This document shows, in pieces, positions 1 through 13,369 of a stretch of DNA of 64,000 nucleotides; within the stretch, counting starts at the first letter, position 1; every line of letters starts with the position of its first letter. Location of the stretch: positions 86,430,001 to 86,494,000 of the forward strand of contig NC_086097.1 of the NCBI RefSeq assembly GCF_963921235.1, written 5' to 3'. Position numbers and translations under genes: made by a program. Source of the DNA: Mobula hypostoma. Its lineage: Eukaryota. The notes under the pieces were generated by a model, which made no database searches, was not told where the DNA came from, and saw only the letters and a program-made list of their open reading frames with translations.

Positions 1-140
1 CTCTCTTTTTATACTTATTTATTTTTCTATATATTTCTTATTGCAATTTATAGTATATTCTATGTATCATATTGTACTCCTGCCGCAAAACAACAAATTT
101 CATGATGTATAGTGATAATAAATCTGATTCTAATTCTGTT
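1..140 (+). mobile_element. 3' tail of a Rex1/Babar-type LINE or derived SINE
   Basis: tgtactcctgccgcaaaacaacaaatttcatga...aataaatctgattctaattctg; a similar tail occurs at 32510-32585. Confidence 0.5.
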
Positions 141-3100
141 ATTGAATAGTTATTTGTTCAATCTGGCTTCCTGGAGAGCTGATTTTAACATAAGGACTGT
201 TGGCACTGCCTAGTCTAAACATCACTTGTACTTAGTTGCTGAATCCTGATCTAAAGCACCTTCAAGTGGAAAGCTGTTCAGTACGATAAAGCAGCTTAAT
301 CATCTGAACTACTGGTTAGTGACAGAGCAGTAGTGTGCTTTATGAAATTACCTGCCAACTAATAACAAAGAAAAAATGTGCTATTGGCCAAATTAGTCAA
401 CATAACCAGAGTCCACTGTGAGCTTTATTAACCATATAGAAAAATATCTGTATGCAAGTGATAACTGTCTGCTTCTTTCAGAATTTCATCTCCATCAAAG
501 TTGCATACATAATTTTATTACCTATTTGTTGGAGTAAGGCAATGAGGTAAAGGTAATAAGAGAGAAAGCTGAAGGAGGATTTTCCCTGTCTTTATCCTTC
601 CAACAGCGGAAGTTATGGATGTGGAAAATGGAATTAAGGATGCCTTAACAAGCTGCTGTTGTAGGTGCTGTACATGCCACACATTTCACTTATGATGTGC
701 TGGTGCAGAGTGGGTGTCTATGGGGAATGGGTGTCAATCAACCACGGGGTGAGGCCTTGAACAGTCTGAACTTTTTGAACATTGCTGGAGTTGCACACAG
801 CGATACAAGTGGTTCCGTTACACATCTGACTTGAGTATCTCAGTTATACATTGCTCACCACAGGCTACTTACTCAGCCTCCAATCTGTTATTGCAGATAC
901 TGTACTTACATGCTTGCTTCAATTAATGCAAAGGGCCACAAGTATACAATGAATTTGCTACCACCAGCCATTCATCAAAAGAAAAAATCCCTAATAGTAC
1001 GTCAGGTGTCGAGCATCACATCATATATTAGAATAGATTGTGGAACATCACTTCTGAGTACCTTGCCATTTTGTCATTTGTTAGTTACAAATGCAAGAAA
1101 GCTTAGCTAAGGAGCAATATTCCCTCTAATTTGCAATGACCAGTGTTTGCAAAAATCTTGTGTTGTGCAAATTTGTTTGCCCAGTGACAAGATGTATGCA
1201 CTGAATAAAAAAAAAGATTATAAATAAGCCAGTTCTAAAATCTGCAGACAAATCATCACAAACTCCACATTGTCAACACCGTCCGCATCAGAAACCGGAA
1301 AAGGAAATGTGATTATGTACGATCGTGAAATATACTGAACATGCCAACGAGTTAGAGGGTAACAACCTTTTGTACGCAGTTTAAATTCCTTTCTGTGCCA
1401 ATAGCAAAAGATGTGTGCACACATACACACACATACACACACTCACTCTAGAGGGAACATTGCTAAGAAGTGCAGGAGATTCCAGTTACATTTTCCTAGA
1501 TAGATTGATTTCCGCAGATGAAATTGAGGAGGCTGGGCAGTGAATTGAAAGAAGCTATTTTGCTCAGAAAAGAGAAAGCTGAGCTGTGAATTTGTAAGTG
1601 TGTATTGGCTACTGACAGGTCATAGATTACAGTTAAAACAAGTTTATATTTCATAACATTGTAGTTCCAACTCCACAATGTTTCTCTTGGACAGTGACTT
1701 TGCCTGCTAAGTGAATCTTCTAGAATTTGCTAGGTACTGTGTTGTTGAGTCAAACATTAAAGAAAAACGTTGGTGAGTGGGCTCCAGGGCTGAACAATAA
1801 GAATCCATGGTGTGAAATCTGGAGTAATAATACCCTCAATGAGATCTCCATATGGGGCTTTATGTGATAAGTGGATAGGTTCTCCTTGGATCCATCTTGA
1901 CTGACCTGAACCTCAGGCCCTCAAGCTACTAAGGGCAACACTATTTTAGGATGGAAGAATTTTAGCCCCTGGCGCTACTCTGGTGTCTCCATCCATGCAT
2001 AGGATGGGTTCTGAGGAAAAGAAGTGCGGTGAGGATTTGTATCATGAAGATAACCCAAGTAGAACAAGGTTTTTTTTTAAATATTGATTTTGATAAACTT
2101 AACCTTTGTGGAATCCCAGTCAAAGGATAGCATTAATATTTTATTTGATGGGTTTAAAATTTTAGGGCCTGAGGTCCTGGAGTTTTTTTTAACGTTGTAA
2201 AAAATATGCAACGGGTAGCGGTCCAAGTTCAGTGTTAATGATGCAAAGAACATCATCATTGATAAAATTGCTAAGGAAGTCAAGGTTGTGCATCCTACCA
2301 GGCAGTTGTGTTGCAAACTGTGCAGTGAGGGTGTTTGTAGTATTTAATATTTATTTGCTGGTTGAAAGCCACTTCCACCATGTTGGTTATTGATTGGCCT
2401 GTTCAAAGGATGTGGAAGCTCCTTCCCATTGGTTACCTTGAATGCCATGGCACGGTTTCAGGTTCTGGGCACCTTGGGGGTAGAAGAATAGCACATGCGA
2501 GGGACTCAGCTTCTTTTCTTTGTCTCCCGGGCCTTCTTCAGGATGAAGTCACGACCAGTGCTGAAGGACCATTGGGAAAGACCAATGCAGACATAGACAG
2601 GCACCCCACTTTACTTAGTTAAGTACTCGTTTGTAGCATGCCTAGTTCTTCAGTTTTATAACTTGAGAGATTTAATAGAAATTAAATTACTCTAATTTAA
2701 TAGAGTACCCATTAAATTAGAAAGGATGATTGAATGTTCAATACTGTAGTTCTGTATAGTTTAGGGTAGTTTTAGCAAGCACTTGTTTAGCTAGATGCTC
2801 AGTTTAGTATTTCAATAAATAAATATTTAACATGCTCATTTAAAATCTGTGTCTTCAGTTTCACTCACTGGATCCTTGAATCTGTTTCCACAGTGTAGGG
2901 CCAAATTAACTGAACAGAACATAACTAGAGTTACACAGGAAAGAGTTGGATCTTTCCATTATTCTCTATGCACAATAGATTTTCAAAATAAATTTGGCCT
3001 TGATCAGTGTGAAACATATTGGCACCCATTTTGAACTTAACACAAAAAAAGTTTTAGCCAGTTACTTAAATATTTCCAGTGGTGCTATCATTGCAGGTGG

Positions 3101-3654
3101 TGAGGACACTCATCTACATGGACCGAATTGGGAAGATGGGGGGGGGGGGCGGGTCAGGTAGCTAGAACACAAGGAGAAAACCAAAAGTAGGATGTAGTCA
3201 AAAAGTAACACCAGTGTAACCCACTTGCTCAGATTTTAAGTAACCGGTAAATGAATTGGAAAAATTTGTTTCCTATAGCATAATGATAACTGAACCTCAC
3301 TGCTGGAAAAACTGTACAGAGAGAATCATTCAAAGCATTTAATAATGACTGGTGATAGAACCGATACAGGCTTGGGAAGCGGTATTAGACCGGACAGCCT
3401 TAGTGCCAGCATGGTAGCGACAGTACAAGCAACGACCACAATTGCCAAACTTTTCTGTGCTCGTAGGATATGCTAGTAAAATGTTCAGTGCTGAATAAAC
3501 CCCTGTGATTCAGTCTACTTACATAAATCACAGCACATCCTTGTTGGTGTCATCATGAGGAAGTGCAGCCACTGATGAGCCAGCTGAATGTGGCCTTTAG
3601 TTAGAGCATAGTGACGAATATCACTCCAGACACTCTGGATGCCATCTGTTTGTG

Positions 3655-3910
3655 AATGTGTACGCTCTCCCTTTGGATTTTCACAGCGCTCAGTTTCCTC
3701 CACCACCCCAAAGGAGTGCAGGTTCCGCTGGTTAATCGGTTGCTGGAAGTTTTCTCAGTCTGTAGGTGAGTGTAGAAGCTGGGCCGGGGGAAGCTGATGG
3801 CAATGTAGAGAGAATAAAGTGGGTCAGGGAAGGATTAGTGCAAATTGTTGTTTGGTATTCAGTGTGGACTCAGTGGGATAAAAGGCCTATTTCAGTACTG
3901 TATCCCTCCA
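3655..3910 (+). mobile_element. V-SINE-like (HE1-type) SINE, diverged
   Basis: Central gtttcctccacca..caaag..gtgcaggtt..gttaatcgg motif followed by a CR1-type tail (aaggcctatttcagtactgtat). Confidence 0.55.
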
Positions 3911-3994
3911 TTACTATAAATATCAGAAAGTGCTTTTTCTCCTATCCACTGCATTTAATGCATGTGACCAAACACAGATTAAATAAATGTTTTG

Positions 3995-5055
3995 AGACCA
4001 TGAGACATAGGAGCAGAATTTAGGCCATTCAGCCCATCAAGCCAACTCTGCCATTTCACCATGGCTGATCCATTTTTCCTCTCCTGCTTTCTCCCCATAT
4101 CCTTTCATGCCCTGACTAATCAAAAATCTATCAACCTCTGCCTTAAGTATGCCTAATAACCTGGCCTCCACAGCCACCTGTTGCAATTTTTTTTCATGCG
4201 CCATACTCTGCCAGAGCCTCGGCAACCACTTTTTCAAGTGGTTGTCTTGGAGGAAAGATTCTGTGAGTGGTCACCCACGTCCTTCTCACAGCGCAGTTTT
4301 TTTTAATGAGGCCGAGTTGCGAGCTTGACACTCAACCTGGCACAGATGGAAAGCATGCTCGGGAGCGGCTCGACTGGTTCGAACTCAGGAACCTTCGCTC
4401 CGGAGTCCGGCGCTGATCTCACTGCGCCACCAGCCGGCCTGTTGCAATCAATTCCACAGATTCATCACCCCCTAGCTATAGAAATTGCTCCTCATCTCTA
4501 CTCTAAATGGATATCCCTACATCCTGGAGCTGTGTCCTGTGATCCTAGAGTCCCCACTAATAGGAAAAATCCTCTCCACATCCACTCTATCTCAGCCTTT
4601 CAACATTCAATAGGTTTCATTGATATCCCCACTCCCCTCATTCTACTAAATTCCAGTGAGTAAAAGCCCAGAGCCATCAATTGCTCCTAATATGATAAAG
4701 CTTTCATTCCCAGAATCATTCTCATGAATCTCCTCTGAACCCTCTCCAATATCAGCATATCCTTTCTAAAATAAGGTGTCCAAAACTTCTCACAGTACTC
4801 CAAGTGAGGCGTCACCAGTGCCTTAGAACCCCTCAGCATTACATCCTTGCTTTTATATTCTAGTCCTCTTGAAATGAATGCTAACATCGCTTTGCTATAC
4901 TCACTACTGACTCAGCCTGCAAATTAAACTTCAGTGAATCCTGCACGAAGACTCCCAAATCCCTTTGCACCTCAGATTTTTGAAATTCCTCACCTTTTAG
5001 AAAATAGTCCACATTTATTCCTTCTACCAAAGTGCATGACCATACACCTCCCAAT
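3995..5055 (-). mobile_element. CR1 LINE 3' fragment, interrupted by a SINE at 4188-4437
   Basis: ORF 4687..4887 (LEYCEKFWTPYFRKD) and CR1 3' tail. Confidence 0.85.
4188..4437 (-). mobile_element. Young tRNA-derived SINE with 11-bp TSD
   Basis: A box TGGCGCAGTG, B box GAGTTCGAACC, A-tail. TSD cctgttgcaat at 4177-4187 and 4438-4448. Confidence 0.85.
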
Positions 5056-5209
5056 ACTCTTTTGCTGCATGGGTAACCCCAAACCTCCAGTTGCCTTTAA
5101 TTCTCAATCCCATTCCAACTCTGACAACTTTGGCTGTCTGCTATGTTCCGAAAATGGCATGCATAAGCTCAAGCAATAGCCCCTCACCTTCCACCTAGGT
5201 ACACTGCAA

Positions 5210-6078
5210 ACCATAGAAACCATAGAAACTACAGCACAGAAACAGGCCTTTTGGCCCTTCTTGGCTGTGCCAAACCATTTTCTGCCTAGTCCCACTGACC
5301 TGCACACGGACCATATCCCTCCATACACCTCCCATCCATGTATCTGTCCAATTTATTCTTAAATGTTAAAAAAGAACCCACATTTACCACCTCGTCTGGC
5401 AGCTCATTCCATACTCCCACCACTCTCTGTGTGAAGAAGCCCCCCCTAATGTTCCCTTTAAACTTTTCCCCCCTCACCCTAAACCCATGTCCTCTGGTTT
5501 TTTTTCTCCCCTTGCCTCAGTGGAAAAAGCCTGCTTGCATTCACTCTATCTATACCCATCATAATTTTATATACCTCTATCAAATCTCCCCTCATTCTTC
5601 TACGCTCCACGGAATAAAGTCCCAACCTATTCAACCTTTCTCTGTAACTGAGTTTCTCAAGTCCCGGCAACATCCTTGTAAACCTTCTCTGCACTCTTTC
5701 AACCTTATTTATATCCTTCCTGTAATCTGGTGACCAAAACTGAACACAATACTCCAGATTCGGCCTCACCAATGCCTTATACAACCTCATCATAACATTC
5801 CAGCTCTTATACTCAATACTTCGATTAATAAAGGCCAATGTACCAAAAGCTCTCTTTACGACCCTATCTACCTGTGACGCCACTTTTAGGGAATTTTGTA
5901 TCTGTATTCCCAGATCCCTCTGTTCCACTGCACTCCTCAGTGCCTTACCATTAACCCTGTATGTTCTACGTTGGTTTGTCCTTCTAACGTGCAATACCTC
6001 ACACTTGTCAGTATTAAACTCCATCTGCCATTTTTTAGCCCATTTTTCCAGCTGGTCCAAGTCCCTCTGCAGGCTCTG
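5210..6078 (-). mobile_element. 5'-truncated CR1 LINE (RT C-terminus and tail)
   Basis: ORF 5479..6060 (WQMEFNTDKC...RPNLEYCVQFWSP); (ccatagaaa)n terminal repeat. Confidence 0.9.
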
Positions 6079-6484
6079 AAGTAGGAGTTCAACAATTTTA
6101 CATAATTAGCTTTTTCTTCCTCTATCCAGAGATATTGCTGCATGCTACAATTTAAATGCATTCTTCTGCCAGTATATAATGATTATCTTGTGAGAGACAG
6201 GGAGACAGCCATGCAATCCTACACTGTGTGTAACAGTTCCTTCCATTAACCAGCAGAAAAGGCAGAGACTAGAGATAAGGTGAAGACTGTTTCACTCCTT
6301 AGTGACTCTGGTGTATCACGTTTGAAAGTCAAAAAGTTCAAATCCCATACATTTCGCCACATTATCCTTCATGAAATTCAGATATCTGAAACCTGGTAAC
6401 AATATGAGGCTAGTATATATATTTTTTTTGAATCAATGAAATGCAGTCACAACATTGTCAACTTTAACAGCGGGTAAACATAAC

Positions 6485-6735
6485 AACTACTTCCCTTCAA
6501 CCATTTGGTTCTTCAACCAACCTGCACAATCCTAATCATTCTCGCAGAAGAGCAACACTATGAACACTTCGCACCACAGCAGACTTCTTGTTCTAATTGT
6601 GTTCTTTCTTGTATAATTTATATTTGTCTTGTGAATGTTGTATCTCTTATGCTATGTGCTTGTGATGCTGATGAAAGTTTTCATTGTTTCAGTTCATACA
6701 TATACTTGTGCATATGACAATAAACTTGACGATAC
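6485..6735 (+). mobile_element. Rex1/Babar-like LINE 3' tail
   Basis: Ends in tgacaataaacttgac; a similar tail occurs at 41820-41915. Confidence 0.45.
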
Positions 6736-7890
6736 TTTGATAAATGTAACAAATTGCAGTATTTGGGGTAAGTTTTCCTAGAGCTACATTATAGCACTTT
6801 ATCCTGTATGGGGGAGTGCCCCTGGCTGACTTGTTAGAGTCTACCCCTTGTTTGACACATTTAGAATTTTAAAATAAGGTTAAGAATTAGACTGTGGTGA
6901 CCATTCTAGTGAATGGGATTGATGTTTGTATGCCAGGGGTCTCGCTGGAGTAAAGCAGAGGGGTCTGCTGAGAAGTGTATACATGCCTGTCCAGAGATAG
7001 ACAGTGTTCCATTTGTAGGGTCAATGGTGCATGCAGTGGTGGAACAGGCGGCCAGATATCCCAACACCCAACTGCCACCTCATCTTGGACTTCTTCAACT
7101 GGTCATATATAGTATATCCAAGCAGCTGGTATCCTGTAGTTCTGTGGTATACTATTCTGGTGTCAGGAAGCTTGATTTGGGCTATAAACTGTGCATTTGA
7201 ATCTGCTGACCACTACCAGCATTCTATTTTACCCGAGGTACTACTCCTTCACTTTCTCACTCAGAGGCAAGAGAAAACAACTGAGGTGCCAGGTTATTGC
7301 AGTACTCACATCGAATAAAACATCAGCTGAATTAACAGTTCAAGAGATAATCTTCCCTTTTGCAGGCTACCCCGTCCTATCAGTCTGTGCTGCACTTTGT
7401 TGGAAAACTTGCAAGCAAGTCAGTAGCACTGAATGATTATCAAAAGACATTTAAAAAGCATCTTATTTATAGACCATTATCATTTTCAAATGCCATACAG
7501 ACCCCGTACCCCAACTCAATAAAAGGAGATTCCACCACCTCTCCAAAACAATGGTACACTTCTTTGCAAATTCCTATAATGCATCCTATTATGTACTGTT
7601 TGACCCTCAAAGACTTGGTGCAAAATATACTCCCCGCTGCAAATAAAACAAATAAAATGATAGTGATCACATCCATTGGGCCTTGAGATGAACTCCAGAA
7701 TAACAGATCCATATAGATTTAGCAAGTGCTATTATATACCATTTTTGGCTGAGCAGCTGTAAGGATGATTGGTAATTCTCAGGCTAATTGGTGATGTCGT
7801 AGCTGATGTCATCAAACAGAATCTTTAAAAAAAAGAAAATCAAAGCCATTTCAGGTGAGGTGACCCAAGTTTGAGCTAATGGCAGATATG

Positions 7891-7896
7891 TTTATT
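7891..7896 (-). promoter_or_regulatory. Candidate MAP3K9 polyadenylation signal AATAAA, about 0.9 kb after the stop codon
   Basis: tttatt on the + strand within apparently repeat-free 3'UTR sequence. No transcript support. Confidence 0.3.
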
Positions 7897-8784
7897 CACT
7901 CTTCCCTGCTCATAACCGTGTTAGAAACTTGTGAACAGTGACAACAGTTTATGCCGGGAAACAATCAAAAAAGATGAGATGATTTTGAAACACAGACTGG
8001 AAAAAGCTGGCTGAGAATAGGATGGAGAAAACACACAACTCAATTACTATACTTGGTGTTCTCCTGTTGTAAAGAGATCTGTGTGACATTTGTGAAAATG
8101 ATAAGAAGCTTTGTACATTTGCCTCAGAAACAGTAACGCCCATTCCTAGAGCCCCTCAACTTTCACTAGTCTGGAATGAGAGTTGGTCTCCAGTAGTGCA
8201 ATACTAGACTTCTCCTACAGCTTCTCTCTCAGCCCTACCTTGCTGCTTTTGCTATCCTTCTCCAAAAAGGAAAAAAAAAGAAAATAGTAACAGAATTGTA
8301 GGACCTAAGCCAGATGTTTGTCTAAGGTTATTTATAAGCCAATGGGATATGAATAAATCTGAATTGGTCATGCTTTTAGACTCTACCAACGTGCTTGCTT
8401 GCCTTGAAACTTGGTTAAGTAGGTAGTAACACAGGAGAAATCAGGCTATTTTTCGTATGAATCGATGCAGCTTGAACTTGATCTCAACTTGCTACGACAA
8501 TCGTTCTGAACAATGTCAAAGTCAACAAGAATGGCAATACATAAGACTTCAAATACGTACAGTAAAAGATGAGATTTTGGAGCAAGATGAATGGAACTCC
8601 ATTGAATAGAATCAAACAGCTTTTCTTTGTTGAGCAAATAAACTTAAGGATATTGATTCCAAGTTCGAAGTTTGTCAAGTTCCTTGGGCAATATTAAATA
8701 GCATTCAGTTCAACCCAGTCCTTATGTAAAAGTGCATTCCAGTGCAAATTCTTTTCATAGATTCCTGTGAAATAACACATGCTG

Positions 8785-9263
8785 TTATGACCAGAAATTG
8801 TGCTCCTGATCATTGTTCATCATCTTACGTGAGCTCATTTCTGCTCTGCAGAGAGGAAGTGTTCCATCCCGACTCTGGCCTTCCACATCTGTGTCTAGCA
8901 ATGTCCCTTTACAGCCAGCAAGTCCTTGCCTATAAGGCAGAAAGATGGGGACTCCTGGTCTTTCCTCCACAGTGCCACTGCTGCTGAGGCAGGAGTCCAG
9001 GTTGGATGGTGTTTCAGTACTAGAACTATTAACTGGGGAGTTGCTATGCGTTTTACTGGGTGAAACAATCCACCATGGATCTAACCGTTGGCGGTTTGCA
9101 GATGGACGAGGCCTTGGTACAAATTCCAGTGTCTTGGGCCTTTCCAGAGTGAAGTCTTGCTTCGTGCTTCTCCGTCTCGGAGTAGGAGGAAAGACCAGGT
9201 TGGGATCAGGCAGACGAGGAACTTCTGTTGGATCCTTGCTGGGGCTTGGGGTTTTACCTATAC
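8785..9263 (-). CDS. MAP3K9: MAP3K9 last coding exon (GIGKTPSPSKDPTEVPRLPDPNLVFPPTPRR...ERPKTLEFVPRPRPSANRQRLDPWW...TLLDTDVEGQSRDGTLPLC...HNFWS*)
   Basis: Acceptor tttttaag, open frame to TAA at 8785-8787. MLK1-type C-terminus ending FWS. Confidence 0.95.
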
Positions 9264-9599
9264 CTTAAAAATAAAATCAATCATGTTAATCTTCAAACTG
9301 AGCAGTTGCTTTGTGTCTGCATCCTTCCCGTTACAATAGCCGCTAACCATTAAAAAATACAAAAAGTTCTTTAAACAAATTTCATTACATTGATTAAGTG
9401 AATGGAGCCTGTAATGCTATTGCTTTAATGCAGCTTACAAAGTGTTGTTTTGTGCTCTATTTCCTGATCTATGCTTCTTTGTGTTGAAACATGAAACTTA
9501 ATAAAAAGGTAATTAACATTAAAAGGTACTGAACTGACTGTGTATTGGCTTAAAAAATAATTGTAGAAGATTTTTTTTTAAAACACAGAGCTCAACAAA

Positions 9600-11200
9600 T
9601 GTACTTTCCAGTTAAGAGAGGGAGAACCCGCCTTGGATAACTAAGAACAATAATGGAAGGCATCAAACTAGAAGTTCATACACACAAAATCACCAAGAGT
9701 AATGGGAAACTGGGAGAATGGGAAAACTTTAAAAAGCAACAATGAATCACCAAGCAAATAAGGAAAGGGAAGCTAGATTGTGAAAGTAAACTAGCAGAAA
9801 ATATAAAAACATAGTAATTGATTTTATAATTATATAAAGTGGAAAAGGATGGCTAAAATGGAAAATGAGAATCATGAATTAAAATTGGATAATGAGGAAG
9901 CCTTGAACAACTATTTTACGTCAGTCTTCAAGGCAGAGAACACTGTCTAACATGCCAAACAGAGATGTTATGGATGTGGTAGGAAGTGAAGGCCTTGATA
10001 CAATCGCTATCAATAAAGAGGTTCTGTTGAGCAAACTAGTGAGTCGAAAGGTAGACAGGTCATCTGGTCCTGATTGGATGCATCTCAGTATATCGAAATT
10101 AATGGTGGAAGTTAACATAGAGGTGTTTGTGATAATTTACCAAAATTTGCTGGTCTCTGGGATTGGAAAACTGAGTGTCATGTCACTGTTTCAAAAAGGT
10201 AATTACAGGCTAATCGGCTCAATGTCTGTAGTTGGGGAACTATTATTATGGATGAAATAACAAGGCCTCTGGATAGAAATGGTTCCATCAGGCAGACACG
10301 GCATGAATTCAGGAAAGGGAGGTCTTGTTTGACAAGCTTGCCAAAGCTCTCTGAGGATATGATGAGTGCAATGGAAAGAGGAGAACAAGCGGTTATGCAT
10401 ACTTGGATTTCCAGACGGAATACAATAGGGTGCCACAAAAAGGACAGCTCCATATGGATGAATGGAATTGGGGGTAATGCATTAACAAGGATAAAGGATT
10501 GGTTAACCAATATACGGCAGAGAATTGGGATAAATATGCTGATTGGAGTCGGTGTAGATAGCTTTAGTGAGTGGGCAGTGGTCTGGCATATGGAGTACAA
10601 AGTTGAGAAATGTGAGGCCATCAACTTTGAAAGGAAAAATAGAAAATCAGATTATTATTTAAATGGTGAAAAATTGCAGCAAACTGTTATGCCGAGGGAC
10701 TTGGGAATATTTGTGAACAAATAGCAAAAGTTTGGTTTGTAGGTGCAACAGGTTATCTAGAAGGCAAATGGTATGTTAGGCTTCATTATTGCAGGGATTA
10801 AACTTAAGAATGAGGGTTATGTTGCATCTGTACAGGGTATTGTTGAGGCCATACTTAGAGTATTGTGTGCAGTGTTCTGGTCTCCTTACTTGAAAAAAGC
10901 CATAATCGCTTTGGAAGGTGTGCAGAGGAGGTTCATCAGGTTGATTCCAGTAATGAGGGGGTTAGAATATAAGGAGAGATTGTGTGGGCTGGATTTACAC
11001 TGGCTGGAACTCAAGACGAGAGGTGATCCTATAAAAACGTGTATAACTAGTAAAGGGTCGATAAGATAGAAGCAGGAAAACTGTTTCCACTGGCAGGTGA
11101 GACCAGGGCACATGGCCGAAGATTTGAGGCAATAGATCAGAGAACGGAGATGAGATCAAACCACCTTTCCCAGAGAATAGTTAATCTGTGAAATTCTCTG
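9600..11200 (+). mobile_element. Degenerate CR1 LINE ORF2 with internal deletions
   Basis: ORF fragments SSGPDWMH, FRKGRSCLT and FWSPYLKK. Confidence 0.85.
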
Positions 11201-11224
11201 CCCAGGGAAGAAGTAGGGTTTATG

Positions 11225-11325
11225 TCATTAAACTCCACGCAAACAGCACCCAAGGTCAGGATCGAACCCAGAACACTGAAGGCGTGAGGCGTCTGCTCTG
11301 CCACTGCACCACTAGGCCACATATC
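11225..11325 (-). mobile_element. tRNA-derived head of a V-SINE-like element
   Basis: Reverse strand reads tagtggtgcagtgg...gggttcgatcctgacc (A and B boxes). Confidence 0.6.
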
Positions 11326-11719
11326 CAGTCAAAAGCAATGCAGACATTTATTGCTCTTCCCCAATTGCTCCTGAACAGTGGGTGTGGTTAAATATCCAGG
11401 ATCAGATAAGGATGGCAGATTTTCTTCCTGGAGAACAATTGAGTAGTTTCACTTACAACATTTGCTGAGCCTAGTATCTTATATAAATTTCAGATTTTTA
11501 TTAAATCCAAGTAATTAAGATTACACAAGTGCTTAATGAGATTCAAATTCACATCTCTGGATCAATAGTCAAGCGCCCTGTAACTTAACCCTGTTGCATG
11601 CAGATGCTGCTCAGGAGAAGGTAAAGGCTCAGTATAGCAATGATCAAAAGGAATTCCTGGAAAAGTATGTAACACACCTACAATATAATCAGAACATTGG
11701 AGCAAATTATCATATTTTC

Positions 11720-12015
11720 CTACAATATAGTGAGGCCATTCAGCCCATAAAGTCTAGATTGGTTCCCTTAGGCGTTCCATTCCTCTCTCACACACACCCA
11801 TCAACTCTGCCTTGTTTCTCTGACCAAATGACTACACAGTGGAAATTTAATACACTAATTTGCATGTCTTTGAGATAAGAGAGGAAAGTGGGGTACCTGG
11901 GGGAAATTGGCACGGGGAGAACATACAATTACTACACAAGCAGCCCAGGAGGCTCAGAATTGAACACTGGCTGCTGGAGCTGAGAAATAGAACACTACCT
12001 GGCATGCACTGGCCT
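11720..12015 (-). mobile_element. V-SINE-like SINE, diverged
   Basis: ggccattcagccc tail and a head-like segment (aattgaacactggctgctggagctgaga). Confidence 0.5.
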
Positions 12016-12244
12016 CCGCCAGCATAGAATTGAAGCCCTGATGCTATTTGTCAAACAAGGCTGAGATCACAGTTTCATAGCCTGTCAAAATGATCAAAGC
12101 TTTGCATGTTTTTCAATGCCTCCGATACTCTGAGACATTTACAAGCCATTAAAGTATCTATTAAAAATTTAAACATATCTTCAAAATTAAAATAAATAAT
12201 AATAAAAAACAAATAATCAAACCTAATATTTTCCTCAGTTTCTT

Positions 12245-12500
12245 AATTTTAAGGTGATTATAGGAAAGTATAGGGGAATGTCAGATGCAAGTTTTTTTAT
12301 ACAGAGAATGGTGAGTGCATGCAGCATGCCAGATGTAAATATACGCGGAACATTTAAGAAATGTAGATATGCACATGGAGGATAGAAAATTAAAGGGCTA
12401 TGTGGGACGAAAGGGTTAGATTGATCCTCGAGTATGTTAGAAGTTTGGTACAACATGCAAAGGCCCTGCACCATGCTATAATATTCTATGTTCTATGTTC
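12245..12500 (+). mobile_element. CR1 3' tail
   Basis: ttatacagagaatggtgagtgcatg...(ttctatg)n terminal repeat. Confidence 0.7.
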
Positions 12501-13369
12501 ATAAATTCCAGGTTGACAAGGCATTCCAATCCTACTTGTTGACATCACATTGTGAATTACAATGGGTCTGTCACTCACCTCATCCCAGACTTTAGGTGGA
12601 TTTACACAAATCCAGGACCTACTTGCCAGCGGATGTCTAAAATTTGGCAGCATCCAGCCACAGTCAGCATGATTTACCTCAATACCCGAAGTTATGGGCA
12701 GAAATTAGATGACATGCAAAGTCTAGCATAAACCAGACACTTGACGAATAGGTTTTGAACCAAGAACTAGGGTCATGAATTTGCCTCCTCTCTGGATGTT
12801 ATTTCACATTTATAGACTTAAATTTCCAAACATAGAAGATTCTTAAATATGCTTGGTCACGGGTAAATCATACACCGTTTTCATCCACTTAAAATTCGAC
12901 AGTGATGTTTACAAAAATAATACTGTTACCTACCTCATGCCACTGTTACCTACAACTATCAATGAACTGAAAGATTTATATAGTATATTTGTACTATGTT
13001 AACACTATTATAAAACTCCAATATTCCACTGTTCAACTATTCAGAAACACCAATCGCTCGTCAGATAATGTTCTTCGTACTCCAAGACTCATTGAGATCT
13101 TGGTCCTTGTGCTCTCCCAAGACTCACCAGAGATCTCAGTACTTGTGCTCTCTTAAAATGTATCTGGTTTACTGGAAAATTTATTACAACAGTATGTAAT
13201 ATCAGAAAAAATAATTTAAAATAAGTTGTAGCATTAATGGGAATAATGTTCAATAGCCCAGAAAATCAACCAATCTGGCAAACCAAAGTCCAAGGCTTAT
13301 CAGATTATTCAAAGTTTTACTGGCATAGTTCACAAGGCAGTGCAACCATCCACCAAGAAGGTATGCCAT

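Noticed and set aside
1863..2934. Possible solo LTR (TG...gttaCA with internal AATAAA)
   Set aside because: No matching TSD, partner LTR or internal domain was found; the boundaries cannot be supported.
4360..4437. tRNA gene (also 37645-37720)
   Set aside because: A and B boxes are present but no complete cloverleaf was found. Each continues into a SINE body and is flanked by TSDs.
6850..7730. Cluster of short ORFs as a separate gene
   Set aside because: No recognisable domain or exon structure; more likely 3'UTR, flanking DNA or a decayed repeat.
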